From Ignicoccus islandicus DSM 13165 (GTDB lineage Archaea > Thermoproteota > Thermoprotei_A > Sulfolobales > Ignicoccaceae): a stretch of DNA of 32,000 nt. How positions within the stretch are numbered: the stretch's first letter is position 1; each line of letters opens with the position of its first letter. The position numbers and the translations under genes were made by a program. The notes beneath the pieces were generated by a model. The model was given only the letters and a program-made list of their open reading frames with translations. It did no database searches and was not told the origin of the DNA. Shown one piece after another: positions 26,011 to 32,000 of the stretch. The stretch lies in contig NZ_CP006867.1 of assembly GCF_001481685.1 (NCBI RefSeq), positions 1,020,001 through 1,052,000 on the forward strand, read 5' to 3'.

Positions 26011-27534
26011 ATGAAACGTGCACAAGTACTTATAACGATCCTTCTATTTCTTTCAACAATTGCGTTGTCATCGCAAATATCTATAGGGCTAGGCAATTGG
26101 GGGCCTCCTAACCCGGTCCGCTTCTACCCAAGAGGTCCGGCTTACGTAATAACTAGCTTCGCCTACGATACGTTGGTGTGGAAGGACTCCAAGGGAGTAA
26201 TACCTTGGTTAGCCGTCAAGTGGGTAAAACTGAACGATACTGCATGGGTTTTCTATTTGCGAAAAGGTCTTACTTGGAGCGACGGTGAGCCCTTAACCGC
26301 CGAGGACGTAGCTTTCTCCTATAACTACCTTAAGGAATCTAAATGGGCATGGAAGGATATGAGCGTCTTGAAGAGAGCGGTCGCGTTGAACGAAACGACT
26401 GTTTTAATAGAATTGAATAGGCCCTTCCCTCTATTTGTAGAGGAGTACGCTACCACGGTCTTCGTCATTCCCAAACGCGTTTGGTCCTCAAAGCCTTCGC
26501 TAAGCGTATCGAGCGGACCTTACGTCCTCAAGTCCTATAGTCCCGGAAGCGGCTACGTCTTCGTAAAGAATCCGAGGTTCTGGGGTCCCGAACCCCTTTT
26601 CGATCAACTAGTAATACCTTCAATGCAGTTCACCTCGCCTCAAGCGCTCGCCTCGGCCTTCATTTCCGGTAAAGTAGACGCAATAACCCTAATGGGCAAG
26701 GCATGGAGATTGATAAAGGTAATAGAAAGTAGGAAGCCTAATGCTATAATAAAGAAAGGGCCTATGTACTGGGTCCTCTTCTTAGGCTTTAACTTAAATA
26801 AATACCCATTCGACGTAAAGGAGTTCCGTAAGGCAGTGTCCCTCGCTTTGGACTTGAAGCAGCTAGTTCTTAGAAGCGTGGGTAGCTTCGAAGGGGCCTT
26901 ACCGGGAGTCCCTGGATACGTTCCGCCTTACAGCGCGTTCTACAATAAGAACGTAGGCGTTCACGAGTACTCACCGAAGGAAGCGGTCCAATTGATGGAG
27001 AAACTCGGAATTAGGGATTCGGATGGAGACGGTTGCGTTGAACTTAACGGAAGGAAGTGGAGGCCTCTCCTAGTTACGTCGAAGAGTTGGGTAACGGAGG
27101 CCTTAATAGTTAAGGAAATGTTAGAGAGGGTCGGAATATGTGTGAACGTGAAGACCGTAGCTGGAACGAAGCAACTCGATTGGATAGTTAAGAACGGTGC
27201 GTTCGATATGGAGATAAACGGCCACGGCGCGACGGGTAACAACCCGTTCGCGTTAACGTGGATATTCAAAGCATTTGGAACTCCTTGGTTCAATGAGAAA
27301 TACGAAAAACTAATGAGGAAGTTGACCTCTGCAAAGAACTTGGAAGAGGCTGAGGAAATAGCTAAGGAAGCTCAAGGAATAATAGCGGACGAGGTGCCCA
27401 GGATAGCCCTCTACTATCCCTATCAGTTCCTCGTCAGCGACGGCAAGGCCCATTGGTTCTTTACCTATAATGGAATAGATGGCGGAATTCCGCTACCATA
27501 TAACAAGCTAGCTCTATTGAAACCGATCCGCTGA
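26011..27534 (+). CDS. ABC transporter substrate-binding protein, family 5 (oligopeptide/dipeptide type)
   Basis: Signal peptide; AYVITSFAYDTLVW, WTFYLRKGLTWSDGEPLTAEDVAFSYNYL, YVLKSYSPGSGYVFVKNPRFWG. Confidence 0.93.
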   Translation: MKRAQVLITILLFLSTIALSSQISIGLGNWGPPNPVRFYPRGPAYVITSFAYDTLVWKDSKGVIPWLAVKWVKLNDTAWVFYLRKGLTWSDGEPLTAEDVAFSYNYLKESKWAWKDMSVLKRAVALNETTVLIELNRPFPLFVEEYATTVFVIPKRVWSSKPSLSVSSGPYVLKSYSPGSGYVFVKNPRFWGPEPLFDQLVIPSMQFTSPQALASAFISGKVDAITLMGKAWRLIKVIESRKPNAIIKKGPMYWVLFLGFNLNKYPFDVKEFRKAVSLALDLKQLVLRSVGSFEGALPGVPGYVPPYSAFYNKNVGVHEYSPKEAVQLMEKLGIRDSDGDGCVELNGRKWRPLLVTSKSWVTEALIVKEMLERVGICVNVKTVAGTKQLDWIVKNGAFDMEINGHGATGNNPFALTWIFKAFGTPWFNEKYEKLMRKLTSAKNLEEAEEIAKEAQGIIADEVPRIALYYPYQFLVSDGKAHWFFTYNGIDGGIPLPYNKLALLKPIR

Positions 27535-27538
27535 GAAG

Positions 27539-28411
27539 GTGCTCCGCTTGAGGCCCCTCCAAGTAGTTTTTTCGATTCCGATTGTCCTCGTCACGGCTTA
27601 CCTAATCTCGAGGTACGGACTAGGTAGTCCCTTTAGCGACCTAGGCGCCAACGGCTTCCTAACTGAAGAGCAACGAAAGGCCTTGGAAGAGGCCTACGGC
27701 CTTAGCGGCGATCCCTTACTCGGTTTCATTAATTTCACTTTATCCTTACCGAGGGGCGGACCGCCGAGCTCTATTTACTCCAAACCTTCCCTAGAGCTAG
27801 TTCTGGGTCCCTTCGCGCTAACGGTAGCGATCGTGGCCTTCGCAGCCACCGCTTCCGTGATCGTTGCAAGCGTAACTTTCGTTGCTAATCCAAAGGCATT
27901 GAAGCTCCTAGGGAGCGCGGCCTTCGTGCCAGAGTACTTCTACGCGATTGCGTTCCTCGTAACCTCGTGGTACTTCGGATGGCCCAACCCCACCCTGAAC
28001 TTCTCTTACGATAAGTTCCTCGCTTACTTCGCAATAGTTTGCCTATCCATATCTTCGAAGCTAGCCCACCTAATCGACGAAATGGCTAGCGAGTTGTCAT
28101 CCTCCCAGTTCGTAGCGTTCTGGAAAGCAGTAGGGTTGAGCGATCGCGCAATCAGAAGGGTTGAACTTAAAGCTATGTGGAAGGGGCTTTTAGCTTTCCT
28201 ATTAACTTTATCAGCGGAAAGCTTAGAGAGAAGCGTCATGGTTGAATACTTGATAAACTTTCCCGGAATAGGCTACTTCCTCTTCACGTCAGTAGTAGAA
28301 GTGGACGTTGGACTGGCGGCATCTAGCTTCGCTCTCCTTTCCATTGCCGCCTACGCATTGGTTCAATTGGCTTCCTCGGTAGGTGATTCCAGATGGAGTG
28401 TGTGGAAGTAG
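27539..28411 (+). CDS. ABC transporter permease (OppB/DppB-like)
   Basis: Second gene of operon; several TM segments. ASELSSSQFVAFWKAVGLSDRAIRRVELKAMWKGLLAFLL resembles the EAA loop region; VEYLINFPGIGYFLFTSV. Confidence 0.85.
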   Translation: MLRLRPLQVVFSIPIVLVTAYLISRYGLGSPFSDLGANGFLTEEQRKALEEAYGLSGDPLLGFINFTLSLPRGGPPSSIYSKPSLELVLGPFALTVAIVAFAATASVIVASVTFVANPKALKLLGSAAFVPEYFYAIAFLVTSWYFGWPNPTLNFSYDKFLAYFAIVCLSISSKLAHLIDEMASELSSSQFVAFWKAVGLSDRAIRRVELKAMWKGLLAFLLTLSAESLERSVMVEYLINFPGIGYFLFTSVVEVDVGLAASSFALLSIAAYALVQLASSVGDSRWSVWK

Positions 28412-29115
28412 AGCCCCTAGCTTCCCCAAGTCCGGCCTTCCCATTAGGGGGAGACCCCCTAGGAAGGGACGCGTTGTGCGTGTTCCTCTCCTTGCTGCCC
28501 AACACTTTAACGGCCCAAGTTGCTGCCATAGCCACTTCCTTCGCCTTCTTGTGGATATTGGTTCTATTAGCAGCTTCATCAAAAATTAGAAGGATCGAAA
28601 GGAGTTCGCTTAGCTTGGCCAACGGCTTCCCCAAGTTGCCATTCTTCGTCTTCCTCTCCTTAGTCGTCTCCTTAACCCCGCTTCAGATAGGCGCGCTCGT
28701 TGGAATATTAGGTTCCATTAGGTACGCAATAGGGCTTCTGGAGAGGGCCGAGGAAATAATGAACGAGTGTTTCTCAGTGGCGAGCCTTTCGTCGGGCGGA
28801 ACTAAGATATGGGTCGTTAGGAAACACGTCTTGCCCCACCTAATTGGCTTAATTCTAAGGTCTTCCCTAATAGTAGGCGCGATAGCCGTTCACGCGGAAG
28901 TTGGCTTGGGAATGATGGGGCTGGAAGACGTTAGGCATCAAGGTATAGGCCAACTAGTCTACTTGGTTCTAAACACTCCCGGCGCTATCCAAACCCAGGC
29001 CGGATTGATCCAAGCGCTCTTCGTTACCTCATTTTCAACGTTCCTATCGGCCGTTCCTATGATACTTAGAGCTTCATTACCCTCGATCCGTGATAGGAAG
29101 AGGTACCTGAAGTGA
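28393..29115 (+). CDS. ABC transporter permease (OppC/DppC-like)
   Basis: VLPHLIGLILRSSLIVGAIAVHAEVGLGMMGLE..., overlaps the preceding permease by 19 nt. Confidence 0.82.
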   Translation: MECVEVEPLASPSPAFPLGGDPLGRDALCVFLSLLPNTLTAQVAAIATSFAFLWILVLLAASSKIRRIERSSLSLANGFPKLPFFVFLSLVVSLTPLQIGALVGILGSIRYAIGLLERAEEIMNECFSVASLSSGGTKIWVVRKHVLPHLIGLILRSSLIVGAIAVHAEVGLGMMGLEDVRHQGIGQLVYLVLNTPGAIQTQAGLIQALFVTSFSTFLSAVPMILRASLPSIRDRKRYLK

Positions 29116-29642
29116 GGAGGGCCTTAGTTCTCGGAATTGGTAATAGGATGTATGGCGAGGACGGATTCGGTAGCTGTTTAGGGGAGTTCCTATCCAAACA
29201 GAAGCTAAGCGACGTTGAAGCTAGGGACGGAGACTACATGGGAATGGGGCTAATAGGTTGGTTGGAAGGCTTCTCCTTAGTGATCTTCTTGGACGCTGTA
29301 GTTGATGACGTGAAAGAGGACCTAGTAGTATACAAGATCGTTCCAGAGAACGCTACTTACGAGGAGTTAGCGGAACTGCCCGTAGACGCGCACAAAGCCT
29401 CTCCAACCCAACTGGCCGCATTCGCGAAGCGTTCGGGAATATTCGATGGCGAGGCCTACTTAGTTGGCTTGAAGGCTGAAAAAGTCTGCTGGCCGTGTCC
29501 GCTTACCGAGAGAGCGGCGAACTTGATGCCCCTGGCTGTGGACAAGGTCAACGAGATCTTGAGGAAGTACGGCTTCAGTACGTTCAGCAAAGAGGGGCTA
29601 GAGGAGTGGGTTCGCTCTAACTGCATGGAAATAAAGTTCTGA
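29112..29642 (+). CDS. Hydrogenase maturation protease (peptidase M52 / HycI family)
   Basis: LVLGIGNRMYGEDGFGSCLGEFL, FLDAVVDD, VDAHKASP motifs; ATGA-type coupling to the upstream permease. Confidence 0.88.
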   Translation: MRRALVLGIGNRMYGEDGFGSCLGEFLSKQKLSDVEARDGDYMGMGLIGWLEGFSLVIFLDAVVDDVKEDLVVYKIVPENATYEELAELPVDAHKASPTQLAAFAKRSGIFDGEAYLVGLKAEKVCWPCPLTERAANLMPLAVDKVNEILRKYGFSTFSKEGLEEWVRSNCMEIKF

Positions 29643-29697
29643 ACGCCGAGTACCAAGCTTATGAACATAGTCTAAGAGAGAATAGGGTGGATGGGAG

Positions 29698-29958
29698 ATG
29701 GGTAAAATAAAGAGACTACTCCTAGATACGCTTAAACCCCTCAAGGGCTTGAGCATCATCGACATTGCTAAGGAAATAGTCGATATGGAGGGCCTCGGTA
29801 GAGTTACTATAAAGGTCGATGAAATGGACGTCGAAACCGTTACCCTTTCTATAATAGTTGAAGGGGACGACATTGACTTCGAGAAGCTGAAGGCGGCGTT
29901 GGAAGAGAGAGGCGTTGTAATACATTCGATAGATGAAGTGACTGCCGAGAAAGAGTAA
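29698..29958 (+). CDS. DUF211 family small protein
   Basis: LLLDTLKPLKGLSIIDIAKEIVDMEGLGRVTIKVDEMDVETVTLSIIVEGDDIDFEKLKAALEERGVVIHSIDEV. Confidence 0.85.
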   Translation: MGKIKRLLLDTLKPLKGLSIIDIAKEIVDMEGLGRVTIKVDEMDVETVTLSIIVEGDDIDFEKLKAALEERGVVIHSIDEVTAEKE

Positions 29959-29995
29959 ATGAGCCCCGTTTCACCTTCCTAAAAGGTAGTGAATT

Positions 29996-31384
29996 GTGAT
30001 TAAGGTCTATAATACTCTAACTAGAAAATACGAGGATTTTCAACCCCTTCAACCTCCTCTTGTAAGAATGTACGTTTGCGGTCCTACTGTCTACGATCAC
30101 AGTCACATAGGCCACGCGAGAACTTGGGTCGCCTTCGATGTTGTGAAGAGGTACTTACGCTTAAGAGGGTATTTCGTAATACACGTTCAGAACATAACTG
30201 ACATCGATGATAAGATAATCAATAGAGCCAACGAGCTTGGGGTTAGCTGGAAGGAAATAGCAGATAAGTACGCAAAGGAGTACTTAGATTTAATGAAAGA
30301 GATGAAGGTATTCCCTACCATTCATCCGAGAGTTACCGAACACATTAGCGATATAATAGAATTCATAAAGGACTTAATTGAAAAGGGATACGCATACGTA
30401 ACTCCTTCCGGGGTCTACTTCGATGTGGACAAGTATCCATACTACGGTCAACTTTCCGGTGTGAAAGACAAGGAGATGTGGAGTCAAGAGACCTTCGTGA
30501 AGGACAAGAAGAACCCATACGATTTCGCTTTGTGGAAGTGTGCTAAGCCCAACGAGCCTTGGTGGGAGAGTCCTTGGTGTAAGGGGAGGCCTGGATGGCA
30601 CATAGAGTGTTCCACTATGAGCAGTAAGTACCTGGGAAAGCAATTCGACATACATGGCGGGGCTAGGGACCTAATTTTCCCACATCATGAGAATGAGATA
30701 GCGCAGAGCGAGGCCAGGTTCGGGGTAAGGCCATGGGTAAAGTACTGGCTTCACAGCGGTTACTTGACTGTAAAAGGGGAAAAGATGAGCAAGAGCTTGG
30801 GTAACATAGTTCCCTTAGTAGATCTATTGAAAGAATATCCGGCCGATGTGGTTAGGTACTGGCTCACCACTGCCCACTATCGCTCGGAACTAGATTTTTC
30901 ATATGATAGACTTGACCAAGCGAAGGTAGCCCTTGAGAGAATGAAGATGAGCGTTGACAAGCTTAGGAGAACTGTCGAGAAAGGCTACCCCAAGGGCTCG
31001 CTCAAGGACGAGGAGGTAAAGGCAATTTACGATATATGGAAGCTTAGGGAGGAGTTCCATCAAGCTATGAGCAACGACTTCAATACTCCAGAGGCTTGGG
31101 CCAAGGTAAGGGAGGCCCTCAGAATAGCCAACGAGACGGATTCGTGGGAAGTGGCTGCGATAACGCTCAACTTCGTTGAAGAGGCCGACCAAGTGTTTGC
31201 TGTATTTGAAGAGAAACGCGTGGAGGGCGTGGAACCGTTCGTGGACCTATTAGTTAGAGTTAGAAGTAGGTTAAGGGAAAGGAAAATGTGGGAATTGAGC
31301 GACTGGATAAGATCCGAACTAGATAAGCTCGGGGTAAAGCTATTGGACAAAGGTAGGGAAACTGAATGGAGGTTCGCGAAATGA
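29996..31384 (+). CDS. cysS: Cysteinyl-tRNA synthetase
   Basis: MYVCGPTVYDHSHIGHARTWVAFDVVKRYL, NITDIDDKIINRA, GWHIECSTMSSKYLG, IHGGARDLIFPHHENEIAQ, KMSKSLGN (KMSKS). Confidence 0.98.
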   Translation: MIKVYNTLTRKYEDFQPLQPPLVRMYVCGPTVYDHSHIGHARTWVAFDVVKRYLRLRGYFVIHVQNITDIDDKIINRANELGVSWKEIADKYAKEYLDLMKEMKVFPTIHPRVTEHISDIIEFIKDLIEKGYAYVTPSGVYFDVDKYPYYGQLSGVKDKEMWSQETFVKDKKNPYDFALWKCAKPNEPWWESPWCKGRPGWHIECSTMSSKYLGKQFDIHGGARDLIFPHHENEIAQSEARFGVRPWVKYWLHSGYLTVKGEKMSKSLGNIVPLVDLLKEYPADVVRYWLTTAHYRSELDFSYDRLDQAKVALERMKMSVDKLRRTVEKGYPKGSLKDEEVKAIYDIWKLREEFHQAMSNDFNTPEAWAKVREALRIANETDSWEVAAITLNFVEEADQVFAVFEEKRVEGVEPFVDLLVRVRSRLRERKMWELSDWIRSELDKLGVKLLDKGRETEWRFAK

Positions 31385-32000
31385 GGATAGCTAGGGATGC
31401 ATACGCTAGAGAGAAAGGGGCTTACTTGATATACGGATGGGCGGAAGGCGTCGAAGTGAAGGAGGAAGACGCGGAAGTAACTGAATTCTTGAGGAAGGTA
31501 GAGGAGGAGGTTAGGAGAAAGTACGTATTAGAGAAAGTAAAGGACGTTCCAGTAATAAGGGCGTATAGAGACTTTATGTGGAGAATTGGCATTGATCCAA
31601 CTAAGATAAGGCCTTCCTCAGAGGCACTGCTCAGAAGGGCCTTGAGGGGTAGCATCCCTACAATAAATTCTCTGGTCGACCTAGGGAACGCGGTTAGCTT
31701 GAGGTATCTAGTTCCAATAGGAATATATGATTTGGACAAAGCGAAGGACTCAATGATACTGAGAAAAGCGAGGGAAGGCGAGATATTTCTCCCTATTGGG
31801 AAAGGGGAGGTGAGGTTGAACGGGAACGAGGTAGTATTAGCGGACGAAGAGGGACCAATGCACTTGTTCCCTTATAGGGACTCAAGGAGAACCATGGTGA
31901 CCCTAGACACGAAAAGGGCCTTGGTTGTGGGAGCGGGAGTTAACGGCGTAGAAGAGGAACTAGTGAAGAAGGCAGTGAGCGAAATACTGAACTTCCTCCG
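31381..32000 (+). CDS. B3/B4-domain protein (PheT-like tRNA-binding domain), truncated by window edge
   Basis: Manually translated ORF, open to window end: RAYRDFMWRIGIDPTKIRPSSEALLRRALRGSIPTINSLVDLGNAVSLRYLVPIGIYDLDK...LFPYRDSRRTMVT. Confidence 0.88.
   Translation, partial: MRIARDAYAREKGAYLIYGWAEGVEVKEEDAEVTEFLRKVEEEVRRKYVLEKVKDVPVIRAYRDFMWRIGIDPTKIRPSSEALLRRALRGSIPTINSLVDLGNAVSLRYLVPIGIYDLDKAKDSMILRKAREGEIFLPIGKGEVRLNGNEVVLADEEGPMHLFPYRDSRRTMVTLDTKRALVVGAGVNGVEEELVKKAVSEILNFL

Overview
32-kb archaeal window, most likely a hyperthermophilic crenarchaeon of the Desulfurococcales / Ignicoccus type (inferred from gene content, frequent GTG/TTG starts and tRNA structure, not tested). Housekeeping genes flank an accessory region. 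On the left are a PAP2 phosphatase fragment, a Sua5/YrdC protein, a dTDP-glucose 4,6-dehydratase, an MqnA/MqnD-like protein and SRP54. The accessory region (~4.95-10.7 kb) holds four tandem antitoxin/PIN-toxin cassettes. Each is preceded by a conserved ~200-bp block made of a tRNA 3'-half-like fragment, a TATA-like element and a hairpin-containing leader. A degenerate tRNA-Arg(TCG)-like gene follows whose 3' half matches one of these fragments over 32 nt, and then a 10-repeat CRISPR array with no cas genes in the window. Further right are a CYTH protein, a DUF2178/HTH pair with a likely operator, MEMO, DUF885, CBS and Kef-like antiporter genes, and three consecutive secreted Cys-rich membrane-anchored proteins (one with CxxCH). 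A tRNA-Trp(CCA) follows, with a 70-nt intron carrying two antisense matches to the spliced tRNA. Next is an uncharacterised two-gene operon: a ~10-TM protein with a C-terminal RCK/TrkA-N-like domain plus a Cys-rich 684-aa partner. The window ends with an Opp-type binding protein and two permeases, a hydrogenase-maturation protease, a DUF211 protein, cysS and a B3/B4-domain protein. Most novel candidates: the tRNA-fragment/leader/toxin-antitoxin cassettes, the RCK-membrane/Cys-rich pair, and the Cys-rich surface cluster.
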